A DNA stretch of 63,092 bases, the filler included, from Aduncisulcus paluster (Eukaryota), in assembly GCA_024181965.1 (NCBI GenBank). It is 5 parts of 5 records of this genome, joined end to end, with 100 filler letters (N's around TTAATTAATTAA, not from the genome) between each part and the next. Parts side by side here need not be neighbours in the genome. Positions count along the whole stretch, not along the records: positions 10,248 to 14,882 come from BQXS01011312.1; positions 14,983 to 28,478 come from BQXS01011313.1; 3 more parts are not named here. One strand, 5' to 3'. The notes below the pieces were generated by a model. It ran no database searches. It was not told where the DNA came from and saw nothing but the letters and a program-made list of their open reading frames with translations. The position numbers and the translations under genes are program-made. Below, piece by piece: positions 11,036 to 22,454 of the stretch. Position 1 is the first letter of the stretch; every line of letters begins with the position of its first letter.

Positions 11036-14000
11036 TTGCCTGATTGCTACAATACAAAAAGGAATAAATCAAAAACAAAAATCCCACTTATATACCACAT
11101 TAAGGCAAATCAAAAAGATCAATTTGCTATCAAATCAGTTTTTGAAAATAATCAACTTGATCTATTGTTTGCTGCATCTGATGCAATAATGAGAAAGAAT
11201 GTTGCCGCATTGAAAGATTACCTTTCAAGCTATTATAATTGGCTTATAACTTATAAGAAAAAACGGAAAGAACGGCTTCAGCAGCTCCTCCGTTCATTGG
11301 AGGAATGTAAGATGCATAAACGGCTGGCTGCCGAACTTATTTTTACATTCAGAGCCCGAGAAACAATGTTTTTAAGATCTCGCCGGTGTGGTATGAATAT
11401 GAAATCGTTCCATATCCTTTCCCCCATCTCTAAAGGTGGATACAGTACAGTATATTTAGTTAAACATAAGAATTCTGGCAGAATCTTTGCATTAAAACGG
11501 ATGAAAAAGGCTAAGTTTAAAGGAGATAAAGCCATGAGGGTTCGGACTGAACGAGCAGTCATGTTGTTTGGTGCTGATCATCCTTTTATCATTAAATTAC
11601 ATTTTGCCTTCCAAGATGGTGACAATTTATGTCTTGTTATGGATTTCTGCCCTGGAGGAGACCTTTGTCAGTTGTTATCCCTCGTCGGTGCCTTCGATGA
11701 AGAGAGCGCAGCCTTTTATATGGCAGAAATCCTTGCTTCGATTCAATCAATTCACAAAGAGGGCTTCGTCCACCGAGATCTGAAGCCCAGTAACTTTTTA
11801 ATTAACGAGAAGGGTCATCTTATCCTTACTGACTTTGGACTTGCAAAGAAAGTCATGATGACAAAACAGCGTCCTATTTCCAAGAAGAAAGAGAAAGAAA
11901 GCGCTAGTCACACCTCTGCAGACACCTCACAAGACCAGCAAAATCACCAAGAAGATCCCCCTCAATACTCTGCCCCTTCCTCTACGCGAGTATCTCCCTA
12001 TTCTGGCTCTCCCCCATCCTCTCCGGATCATTCTGCGAGCTCTTCTCCCCCCAATCCTCTTTCCTTCTCTGTTGTAGGCACTCCCAACTACATAGCCCCT
12101 GAAGTCCTCATGGGTGAGGGCTATGGTCGTGCCAGCGACTATTGGAGTGCCGGATGCATGTTATTTGAGCTCATATGTGGCTATGCCCCGTTTATTGGGG
12201 ATTCCCCACAGAGCGTATTCAATAGTATTCGTGCTCGAGGCTACAACCCTCCTCCCCGTCCTCCAGATTTAGTTAGTGATCTGGCCTGGGATTTAATATG
12301 TAATTTATTGACTGAACCTTCGAACAGACTTGGTGTTGGGAAAGAAAAAGACCAGCGTGGCTTTGACTCTCTAATGCGTCATCCTTTCTTCGATTGCCTC
12401 CATGAAAAGGTCAAAACAGCACTCAAGTCATCTAAGAAGGAAGAAGAACAGAAGGAAGAAGAGAAGGAAGAAGAGAAGGAAGGATCTGTGGATTTATCCA
12501 AGAAACAACAGACTTTGGGGTTTCAACTCTTACATCATATTTCCCCTCCTTTCATCCCTCAACTATCTTCTTCCACCGACTTGACCTATTTTGCTGATGC
12601 CATGAAAGGAAAAGGCAGCGTAAGCCTTGAAATCGATGATATTCCCCTCTTCCAAGTCGATTGGGAAGAATCTGATGATGTTAGTGGCGAGCAAAGGATG
12701 ACTTCGCATATCGTCGATGGTGAAATTAGTACTTCTGCACGGAATGAGGAGTATGAAGATCGTGGAGAGCGTTCACCAGGCTCCGATTCATCCACACAAG
12801 ACACTGACTGGACGGAAGAAGAGGAGGAGTCTGATGGAGACTCGCAGCCATTTCATTTAGATGAGCTTGAACAATCACCTAGAACCCCACAGGACTCTCG
12901 TGATCTATCTTCCCTCCTTGCAGAGCATCCTGCCTTTACATCTGCCCTTTTGTACACCCATAAGGCGAATCGCAGAGGGAGGGAGAAGAAACGGCGAAGA
13001 AAGGCCCGGAAACGGTTAAAACCGGCCAAAGAACATTCGAGTGAAGCCGAAGGAATGACTCGATACAAATCAAAGACTTTCCCTCGCTCTAATGCTACTC
13101 TAAATCCCCAACCCACTGACCCAGGCCTTGATAACACTCCATTGGCGGAACCTAAACGTATCAAGCGTGCTGTTCTGGTTGAAGATATTCCTCATGGCGG
13201 TCTGAGTGAGGCTGACGATGGCTCTACTGAGGAAAGTCAACATGCAGTATCTGAGTCAGCATCTTCCTCCCCCGTTCCTCAACAAATCCCTCTTCACCCA
13301 ACGACTTCCCAACCTAATCTGCTTGAGGAAATGAGCGAGTCGGACGATGAAGTTCAAATAGTGGCTACAATCCCTCATCAGGCTCCATCCTCTCACTCAG
13401 AGTATAGTGATGTCATTATGGACGATCACGATGATGCTAGTTTTGACAGTGCTGAGTATGAATATAGTTTTGGGATTGATCCAAGTATCAGCGAAGTCAC
13501 GAATGGGGATTACTTGAGTGCCGTTCCTCACCATCTCTTCTTAAATCGTTCTTCTACTCCCTCATCTCCAAACATGAGCCGTGTTTCTCTAGGTGCTGGT
13601 GATAGTGTGAGTCTCCATCAAAGCCAGTCAGGAGGTCAGTTCATGCCTTCTCTTCTCTCCTCTCTCTCTCATTCACATACTCCTCATCACACATCTGGTT
13701 CATACTCCCGTCGTGTCAGCCTTGACCATACCAATGAGGGAATCGATCCAGGTGTGTCAGGGAGTGTGTATATCCATGGTCTTGCATCCGCTCGCAACAC
13801 CTCGAGCAAGGACTTGATATCTGCTTCCTCGAGGACAGATAGCAAACAGGATATCAGCAGTGATGGTACAAGTTCAGTGCCTTCTGCATCTGGCGGGATT
13901 GATGGGCAAGTGATTGAGGAGAACTCTGATGAGAACTCTGAGAAATGGAACAAGAATGTCCGTGATCCATTCCTGGAGGACATAGCCGATATGAGTGACC

Positions 14001-14882
14001 CCCAGAGAAGGGACAGTTCTAGTCGAGACAGTGAGCATCGAACATCTGTACCTGCACTGTCTTCACTCCCTTTCCAGTCATATTTCTCTTTCTCCCCTCT
14101 GACTTCACCAAGAGAGGATGACGAGACAACTCATAAGAATAAGACAGGCGGATCTCAACAAGCAGATCAGAAACCAAGACGTAGATCTTCATTGAATGCT
14201 TACAACGGTAAAGGTGGCTTAAAACCTGGACCTATCTCTCCAAGAAGTAGATTTGAAATGGAGATTGCTACGGCATCGTCTTCTTCTCGTTCTTCCACCC
14301 CCCAGAACATTGTTGACGATATCTACTCATCAAATCCCATCCTCTCAACTCAAAGCGAGGCCGAAAAAGGCTCTCGCCCTCACATTCCTCGTTTAGATGT
14401 TCCCAATCGTCAATCCTCAACTCATATTTCAAACGTATCGTCATTTAGATCGTCTCAACACTCGAGATCTCGGTCATCTTCAAGCATTCACACAACTTCT
14501 CTATCTTCTCGATTGCCTCCCCACATGTTACCTTCCTCTCCAAAAGCTCCCCTTCTCTCCTCTTCGTTGTATTCATCATTCGGCAAGAAAGAGCATAGGG
14601 ATAAGTCCTCACGCAGGAGAAGAAACAAACCAAGATCCTCGAACCTTAGACTCAAGCACTCTGGCAGTAATCCTATCCTCAACTCCTCTGGAAGCATCCA
14701 TGAACTTGAAGATCCCTTCGATTCTACTGATCTCCCCCTTCCTTCCTCTCCAAAGCAAAGCAGTTGTCGCTCAGCCAGGGAAACATCCAGAATCATTGAC
14801 ACATCTAACTTGACTGCACCTCTCCATGATGAGTCTGTGAATTCATCTGATATTCTCCCGAGCTTAGAAGCCAGTGGAAGTG
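11036..14882 (+). CDS. NDR/LATS-family (Dbf2/Sid2-like) AGC kinase with a long disordered C-terminal tail; 3' truncated
   Basis: MOB-binding N-terminal region (R..R...ETMFLRSRR), GGYSTV, ALK, HRDLKPSN, DFG, an activation-loop insert, SVVGTPNYIAPE and the AGC tail PPFIP...DLTYF. First in-frame ATG is at 11189. Confidence 0.88.
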
Positions 14883-14982
14883 NNNNNNNNNNNNNNNNNN
14901 NNNNNNNNNNNNNNNNNNNNNNNNNNTTAATTAATTAANNNNNNNNNNNNNNNNNNNNNNNNNNNNNNNNNNNNNNNNNNNN
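14883..14982. other. Artificial contig linker
   Basis: N44-TTAATTAATTAA-N44. Confidence 0.97.
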
Positions 14983-16201
14983 GAGAATGACGGTATCCCT
15001 CTCTCGAAGAATGGAATGAGGAGCCAGGTTCCTTAATAGCAGAAGGAGGATGGACTTTATCAGGAGCTCCAACAGTTGTTCCACTAACAAATTCATACAC
15101 TTCTCCGTTCTTTTCACGAACCCTCCACACAATACCTTCCCCAAGAATAGCCGTCGCGGCAACCTTAAGAGCTTCCATCCCCGTTTTCTTGAGGATAGAG
15201 AAAGGAATCACTTTGTTATTTTTAAGACAACGTTTAGTGTGGGCACTGTCTCGAGTGCTTAAATACTTATATAGACCGCTCTTGATATACTTCTTGGGCC
15301 TTGTAGATGATGTTGACACAGAGAACTGGACAGTACCTGGCTGACTCTGAAAGGATGTCAAACCTTGGGACCCATTGCTGCCCATTGCAAGGGAGGAGAG
15401 AGCTGTTGCAGATGAAGAGTGTGAGAGAGTGAGAGATGGATGAGTTGAGGGGAGAGGGGCTGGGAGGTTATACACACGAGTGAGCATAGAACGAGATGAG
15501 GCCAAAGATGAAGATGATGTTGATGTTGTGGTGGCATGGGAAGGTCCAGTTGATGATGATTCACGCCTAGGGGGACGACCCCGCCGTCTCCTACGCTGTT
15601 GTTGCATCTGCTCAATACGCTGTTCTTCTTCTTCTTCCTCCCTTCGACGTTGTTCGTGTTGTTTTTGCAAGGGATATTGATCACAACAGGAAGCAGGTAC
15701 GACAATAATCTTGGGAATAGCTTTTTGACGGGATCTTTCACTATCCGCCTTCCTTTTCTTCTTATTTTCCAATGTTGAAATGATTTGATCTATTTTCTTT
15801 TTCTCACGGGCAATGGCCTTGGACTTTTTCTTCTGGAGCAATTCTTTCTCTTCCTGATCACTACGAAGATTTCGAATTGCCATTTTCATCTCTTTATATT
15901 TATAATTCATACCTTTTTCGAATTTAATTGAATAAGAATATATTTCAGACCTCGCATCATTGAATTTCTGAGCATTTGTACTAATCAAACGAATGTCTGA
16001 CATTACCTCATCAAAAGTAAAATATTTATCTTCTTTTAACTTATTTTTAATTGTCATTAGATCCATAGGATGTTTAATAGCCTTCAAATATGTTGGAAAA
16101 GCTTGAACATCAACAGGCTGATAAAATAGCTTATAAGAATCTAAACTAAATGCGGCCTCAATGAGTTCATTGCATGTCCGCTTTAGATCGATTGAACTCA
16201 T
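14983..16201 (-). CDS. Bromodomain protein with an AT-hook; 3' truncated
   Basis: FYQPVD..FPTYLKAIKHPMDLMTIKNKL...Y.TFDEV..D..LI..NA.KFN bromodomain signature and RRGRPPR AT-hook. ATG at 16201. Confidence 0.88.
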
Positions 16202-16397
16202 TGGGTGCGTTTCGAAAAAGACAAATAACCGTTGGGAGAATAGTGGAAAAGATAGAGAACTAGGGAAAATGATCAAACAATGAATATACGCAATTTATCA
16301 TTTTTTCTTTCAATTGATGATGCCCCGATTGTGAGTATCCTCCAGAAACGATAAATGGCTTCTTTTGGCTCACTTGGGGATTATTTTATTTTAAATT

Positions 16398-19300
16398 ATG
16401 ACTAAATTAGTCCAAAAAAATAATTCTTGGCCTGAGTTGAGGATAGCTGTCATATCTGATACTCATTTAGGACTTTACGATGATGATACAAAAAACAAAC
16501 AAAGGGAAGATGATTCGTTTCGGTCTTTCGGGGAAGCTTTGAATGTAGCTCAGATTTGGGATGCTGATTTGATTCTTCATGCTGGAGACCTCTATCATAA
16601 GATTAAACCAGAACCTTTCACAGTTGTTAAGACCATGCAAATGCTACGCCATTTTTGTATGGAAACGCCAAAACAGCGACATGTGTGTAGAGAAAAGTCG
16701 AAATTATGTATAGTTAATGATTTATTAGGCTATTATCATATTCCTTTCTCAAGCTCAATTGGTGGTGGTCTTTCTCATTTTTCACAAGCTTCCATGCCTT
16801 TTTCATGCATTTGGGGGAATCATGATTTTGGAACAGGTCTGAAAAAAGTATCTCCACTCCATTCATTATCTGAAAGTGGCCTCTGTGGTCTTCTTGAAGT
16901 CACTGAATGCCGAGAATCTTCCAAACGATATGTCGGCAAGCAATCATCCAAAAGAGATGCTGGAACATGGATTTCATCCCTTTTATCAGATGGATCAGAT
17001 GATTTAGATGAAGATTCTGATATTGTGGATGTGATGGAAGTTCACAGTTCACGCCCCGTTCCAAATCAAAGACCATCTTCCCACCGTACTCCCCGTGCTC
17101 CATCGAAGAAACCCAGTGTATCATCGCCCTCACGTGATGTTCCAGATGTGTTCTCCCAGACTACTGTCACTGTTCATCCTCTCATGCTGTATCACCCTTC
17201 AACCCAAATTCTTGTATGTCTCTATGGTTGTGGATACCTCCCTGAGGATCTTTTGTGGGATCTAATCAATGAGAGTAAGAATGCCGGAACTGTATTGCAG
17301 GACGATATATCCGCTAAGAGGGCTCAAGAAAAGAGTAGGGCTTCTGGTGATAGACGCCAGAGTGTGAGTTCTGAACGTCATAGTCCCTCTGGTCTTGAGC
17401 TGATCCCCACAGATTGTCCCCGAGGAATATGGTTTGTCCCTCCGCCGTCCTTGGAGGAGATTAACTCACGTCTCCAAGCTCTTAAAGTTCACAGTGGTAT
17501 TCGTGGGGCGACATGTCATGATGACCCCATCATCGAGATATCAGCAATTGTTCCTATTCTTCTTGTGCATCAAAACAAACAAAAACGTGGACATGACGGT
17601 CATAAGAAGATATTTGAACAAAAATTTGTTCCTCACTGGATAAACCTCATAATATGGGGCCATGAACACGAAGGAATGAAGAATGTTGAGTGCTTTTCTC
17701 GTAATAGTTCTCTCGGCCATAGCAAAACCCATGTGATCATGACTGGGAGTTCAATTGTTACCAGTGTGAAAGAGTGTGAAGACTATGTCATCTCATGTGA
17801 TAGAGGAAATGCCAAGGGAGTCCACTTGATTCAAATATCATCGAGGACTCAAGGACAGACAGCCTCCACATCATCAAAGGGTACCCCGACAATAGAGTCT
17901 GGATCGCCTTCAACAATTCACCGTCATGATGATGATTACCGATCTCTATATCGAAGGCTCCAAACACTATCAAATAAGATAAGAATATCCAAATTTCCTC
18001 CTTCTCCTTCCTCATTATGTCTAACTTCATTCTTCCAGCCCTTATTCCGACACCGATCGGTTTCCGATTCTCTATTTTTAGAATCGATACGAGACCATTC
18101 CCTTGTTAAGATGGGTTGTTTCCTTTCTTTCGGCACCCCTTGTCCTATTCCTGTCTCATTTCGATTCAAACATTGGAAATATCGTTCCCTTAGGGCTGTA
18201 ATATGGGAAAGGATTGATTTTCCTGACTCTTCGATGGGAGAGGAATCCATTCTGGAGAATATCGGTCTTAGAATACACAAGAGGCATCAAGAATATAACA
18301 GGGATATTATCCAAACAGTTCATCGTGAAATGGGAATGAAACGGGCCATACAAGCTTATTTATCCACCCCTAGTCCAGATGCTGCACTCAAACAGCAGTA
18401 TCAATTGGCCAAGAGTGAGATTATGACCAAACATAACGGCCGCAGTGTTATAAAACAAATATATTCGAAGGAACCTGTGCTTGACGTGATTCCATACCTT
18501 CCTAGGTGTTTTCTTAAGACCCCACACCCTCCTATATTTATGCTCTCTCTCGGATTACCGCTGAGATATGCTAAGCTAGTCGATAGTTCCAAAAAGATCA
18601 TTGTTGACAAAGGCCTAGCTATCAATGCGTCCGATTGTGTTAGAAGGAGGCAAGCAAAGATACCGAGTGTGAATGGAATGAGTGGTTCAAAATCTTCAAG
18701 GACCCTCCTCCCAGATTTGAAACGATCTGCCCACATTGATTCCGTTCCTCTTGTTGAAGACGATGAGGATGAGGCTGCAGCGCTATTCGAAAGCATTCTG
18801 GTTGATTGCCTTCTCGATGAGATGCAGGTTCAAAAGAAGATAGCCACGCTCCCACTCCCTCTTGCCGAGGATGAAGAAGATCCCTCTAGATCTCATCATG
18901 GACAGGGTGATATTAATGTTAGAGAGGAAGAAGACTCATCCAGCAGTATGCATGAGGACTCCACGAGTAATGATGATGATGATTGGCAGATTGGCAAGAG
19001 TAAGAACAAGAAGGGTGGTAGGAAAAGTGATAGCCATCGTTCTTCTTCTGCAAGAGGAAGGAGAAGATCTTCGGTACATTCTGCTGCTCACTCGAAGTCC
19101 TCTGTGGGATCCAGTACTCCTCGTCGAAGTGCCGATCAGTCTCTGTTGGAAAAGACCGATATTGATGCTATTCTTAAGACATTTAGAGTTGATGGTGACA
19201 AACGAATCCTTATTCACGATCGCTTACTTGATATGATGAGACATCAAGCACAGGATAGTCAAGTGACGGAAGACTATGAATCCAAAGCAACTGACCTTGA

Positions 19301-20192
19301 CGGACACGTGAAGTTTGTCAAAAGAGTGCATCCAGATCAGAGTGGAGAGGCACGTGTGTTCGGACATATTACGTATGCTGAGGATAAAGCTGAGATTATG
19401 CATGTCACATCAATGTTAATGCAAAAACATGATAGGTTGCAATTATCCCAGCTTATTGATGGCAAACAGCAGCAGCAAGGAGCGACAAGCAACAAACATC
19501 TTAGAAGATCGTCTCTTTTGATCCCTGACGATACTTCGATACCTACAGCCTTGTCTGTGATCAAGAAACCTTTTCAAATGAATACCACCAGTGACCTTCT
19601 CAAACTTGTCAATAGTATACGCCTTAAGAATGTCAGTTATTGGCGAAAATTGGTAGGAAATGATGATGAAGACGAAGAAGATGAAGAATCGACACCAACC
19701 AAGACGAAGAAAAGATCAAGAAAAATGAAAACAAAACAGAAGAAGCCAAGATCAAAAGATATTGATTATGGTGAAATTGTCCTTGAGTCTGCCCTTTCTA
19801 GACTACGTGAACAGGTCTCCAAGAAGAAGTCATCATCCGCCTCTTCATCAAGAGGTTCCTGTCGTCCACCAAGCATTCTAGGCGGTCCCTCTGATTTAAA
19901 ACGCTTCCAACAGGACATATGGATGCAAGAACAGGAACATTGGTGTGACCGTGAGATATATCACTTTAGGAACGCTCTGACGCAGCAATTGAAAGAAGAA
20001 GAAGAGAAGAGCAGACGTAGATTGGCACAAATGGACGGAGAGGAAGAGGATGAGGAAGAAGAAGAGTTTCAGGTTTCCCAAAGGAAAGAGAAACAGAGGA
20101 GAGATGAAGTGGCAAAGCGTCAGCTAATATTGAGGGGACAAGCAAAAGTTCGTGAAGAAGAGGAAAGCAGCGGGCAGGAACTTGATTTTTAA
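16398..20192 (+). CDS. MRE11: Mre11 double-strand break repair nuclease with large insertions
   Basis: All five phosphoesterase motifs in order: SDTHLG, AGDLYH, GNHD, LVHQN, WGHEHE. Also R.DDSFRSF.E typical of eukaryotic Mre11. Confidence 0.9.
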   Translation: MTKLVQKNNSWPELRIAVISDTHLGLYDDDTKNKQREDDSFRSFGEALNVAQIWDADLILHAGDLYHKIKPEPFTVVKTMQMLRHFCMETPKQRHVCREKSKLCIVNDLLGYYHIPFSSSIGGGLSHFSQASMPFSCIWGNHDFGTGLKKVSPLHSLSESGLCGLLEVTECRESSKRYVGKQSSKRDAGTWISSLLSDGSDDLDEDSDIVDVMEVHSSRPVPNQRPSSHRTPRAPSKKPSVSSPSRDVPDVFSQTTVTVHPLMLYHPSTQILVCLYGCGYLPEDLLWDLINESKNAGTVLQDDISAKRAQEKSRASGDRRQSVSSERHSPSGLELIPTDCPRGIWFVPPPSLEEINSRLQALKVHSGIRGATCHDDPIIEISAIVPILLVHQNKQKRGHDGHKKIFEQKFVPHWINLIIWGHEHEGMKNVECFSRNSSLGHSKTHVIMTGSSIVTSVKECEDYVISCDRGNAKGVHLIQISSRTQGQTASTSSKGTPTIESGSPSTIHRHDDDYRSLYRRLQTLSNKIRISKFPPSPSSLCLTSFFQPLFRHRSVSDSLFLESIRDHSLVKMGCFLSFGTPCPIPVSFRFKHWKYRSLRAVIWERIDFPDSSMGEESILENIGLRIHKRHQEYNRDIIQTVHREMGMKRAIQAYLSTPSPDAALKQQYQLAKSEIMTKHNGRSVIKQIYSKEPVLDVIPYLPRCFLKTPHPPIFMLSLGLPLRYAKLVDSSKKIIVDKGLAINASDCVRRRQAKIPSVNGMSGSKSSRTLLPDLKRSAHIDSVPLVEDDEDEAAALFESILVDCLLDEMQVQKKIATLPLPLAEDEEDPSRSHHGQGDINVREEEDSSSSMHEDSTSNDDDDWQIGKSKNKKGGRKSDSHRSSSARGRRRSSVHSAAHSKSSVGSSTPRRSADQSLLEKTDIDAILKTFRVDGDKRILIHDRLLDMMRHQAQDSQVTEDYESKATDLDGHVKFVKRVHPDQSGEARVFGHITYAEDKAEIMHVTSMLMQKHDRLQLSQLIDGKQQQQGATSNKHLRRSSLLIPDDTSIPTALSVIKKPFQMNTTSDLLKLVNSIRLKNVSYWRKLVGNDDEDEEDEESTPTKTKKRSRKMKTKQKKPRSKDIDYGEIVLESALSRLREQVSKKKSSSASSSRGSCRPPSILGGPSDLKRFQQDIWMQEQEHWCDREIYHFRNALTQQLKEEEEKSRRRLAQMDGEEEDEEEEEFQVSQRKEKQRRDEVAKRQLILRGQAKVREEEESSGQELDF

Positions 20193-20536
20193 AGAAAGAA
20201 ATTTGAAGAACAAATGCAAGTTTCTCGGTTAGGAAATATATAATTTGAACCATCATTCATTTATTAATATCAACATAGTATATCAGCTTTTACGAGCAAT
20301 GATTTGTATTTATTTAATAATTATTAGATAAATCGAATAAAATTTCATGTCTGATCAAGGTATCAACCGAATAAATAACATGCCAAACCTTTGGGGGGAG
20401 TATTGTAATTTCGACATCAAATATCGATATAACCTTTAAAATATTTATTCAATAATTCATGATATTATCGCATACAGCCAAAATCCCAAGGGAAAAATAT
20501 CCTCTTAGCAATAATTCGAGAATCGAGGAGATGCAA

Positions 20537-20821
20537 TCAAAATGCTTTGGTAGCTATTAATCCTTTGGCTTTTAACTCTTCCTGGAACATCTTTTCCTCA
20601 CGTTTAAGCAACTCTTTAAGTTTCTGGCGATTTTCAACCAATTGTGCTTTTCTACTAAGGAATTGTTCCCTTTCAAGCTCAATATGAGTACGAAAACGTT
20701 TTGATCTATCAATTACTTTTGAATGTTCAGCACAAAACTTAGTCCTTTGAGCATCGAGAGCCATTTGAGATACATTAATTTCTGGCTTTGTATAATCAGT
20801 TTTACGGAACATTTGATACAT
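20537..20821 (-). CDS. Small coiled-coil ciliary protein, CFAP141 (C1orf189)-like
   Basis: About 94 aa. The C-terminal E...RKAQL..NRQKLKELLKREEKMFQEELKAKGL matches the pattern I recall for this family. Confidence 0.55.
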   Translation of the reverse strand: MYQMFRKTDYTKPEINVSQMALDAQRTKFCAEHSKVIDRSKRFRTHIELEREQFLSRKAQLVENRQKLKELLKREEKMFQEELKAKGLIATKAF

Positions 20822-21033
20822 TTTTAACAATTTTTATGCGATATGGAAGATATAATTTTTATAATAACTCAATTTAGTGCTGAAGATTGGCGTCAGTGGA
20901 GCAAAATCCAAAGCAGAGAGTGGAAACTCAGGTTAAACCGTATTATGAGGAAATTTTTACAAAGATACAAGCTTTAGGGAGAATATTGACGAATTTTATT
21001 TTCATATTTCTGCTTTGCAGCGGTGTGCGATAG

Positions 21034-21820
21034 CACTGCTATTTCGGATGGTTTTCTCTCGCCTTAAAGGGTTTGGCGACATCACGGCTTTTACCTTTGG
21101 ATTGGATGTGGTGGCGTGTAGAGCCTAAGAATTTACAAATATATTTCATTAGTGAAGATGAACACAGAAAGGTATTTTCTCTTTTCGTATTTTCATCCCT
21201 TATTTGACATCATAGCTATTAATCTTTAGATTTTATGGAAATAGGGCAGATTTGCAACATCTATATTGGGATATGATGTTTCATTCCCATATTCTCTTTT
21301 GTTTAAACCTTTTGAATATAAGGTTTCCAAGGATCTTATCCACCAAGGAAAAAAATATTCTGTCCCAAAAGAAATTTCTCTCATTCTTATGAATGAACTG
21401 GTATTATCGAGGTTTGCAACCCCTCATTTTGCTGTTCATCTTCCCTTTACCCTCGGGTTTGTTTATTTTGTCTATCTTAGGAGTGACGGTTATCTGCGAG
21501 ATATATATAAGAGAGATTTGAGAAGATGGATAAATCAATTAAGGTCCGGTTTGGTTGAAGCAAAATCAATGTTTAGTGTTGTTGTATATATTGACATATC
21601 CCACCAAGATATTCAGAAATCGGAAGAAGAGAAGAAATTGGAAATCGACGAATTTATTTATGATATTGATATTTCTTCTTGCTCGAAATTGTGTCCTATT
21701 ATGGCAATGTCATCGAAAGAGGATTCGAATGCTGTATTTGAACAAATGGTTGTTTTTATGTTGAGACACAAGAAGACTGATAAGTGGTCTGATTGGTTGC
21801 GGTGTGGTATATGTGAATAA
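21034..21820 (+). CDS. Spliced gene, possibly a degenerate small-GTPase-like fold; predicted intron 21172-21244; 5' end unresolved
   Basis: GTATTT...AAATAG joins ...IYFISEDEHRK to GRFATSILGYDV... in frame with ORF 21266-21820. Pattern FVYFVY...LRRWINQL...MSSK..SNAVFEQM loosely resembles Ras-family G-domain strands. Confidence 0.45.
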
Positions 21821-21847
21821 TGGGCAGATCATTGTCATTCTTTATTT

Positions 21848-22135
21848 TTGTTTGTCCGATGCCACAAAAGATAATTCATGGTGGGGGAGAAATCACGAAA
21901 CCACGATTTTACACAAAAAAATAATATAGAGCTGCATGTGACCCTGTTTTCAAGGGCCATTTCCGCAATCCCTGGTTCATCAAGGATAAAAACGTTGACT
22001 CAACGTTATCGGATAACATTGGACTCTGGTTGTCATCATGAAGGACACCGTGATTCTTCAGCTGCATTAAATATTGCTGAATTTGGTTATTATGAGTTTC
22101 TAGGTATCCCAAGACCTCCAGAATTCGGATTCTGA
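21848..22135 (+). pseudogene. Fanzor/TnpB-like nuclease C-terminal remnant (zinc-ribbon end plus RuvC-III)
   Basis: GCHHEGHRDSSAALNIAEFGYYEFLGIPRPPEF matches C...RD..AA.NI...G..RP..F. A frameshifted FVCP/RCHK first Cys pair is possible at 21848-21870. Confidence 0.65.
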
Positions 22136-22290
22136 TCTCATGAATTAAACGAACCAACCAAGCTGGATCCATTGAAAGAATAAAAAAATCTCAACTAAAT
22201 TGGATCCATTTTATTCGACAAGTTAATAACACTCGCTATACAGTGCCCAGTGGGCAAGAAAGTGTTTACAGGAAGAATTAGACAATTATC
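22136..22290 (+). ncRNA. Candidate omegaRNA scaffold downstream of the Fanzor remnant
   Basis: Stem TGGATCCA 22164-22171 with TGGATCCA 22201-22208. Nested stem AACACT 22228-22233 with AGTGTT 22261-22266 enclosing TGCCC-AGT-GGGCA. Position is that expected for an omegaRNA. Confidence 0.35.
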
Positions 22291-22454
22291 AGGGCAAAAA
22301 ACTCCACATTCTTCATCATATATCTTCATATTTCAAATTCTCTTGCCCAATATAAATCGATGATGGCCAACGTGATGATCATGCCTCGAGTTGTCTTTTT
22401 GCCTTTAATACTTGCCGCCACAAGGGTATTATCATTGTTGAAAGATTAAATCAA

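Noticed and set aside
21820-22349. TGGGCAGA ... TCTTGCCCA as terminal inverted repeats of the Fanzor element
   Set aside because: The match is short and imperfect; element ends cannot be defined from one copy.
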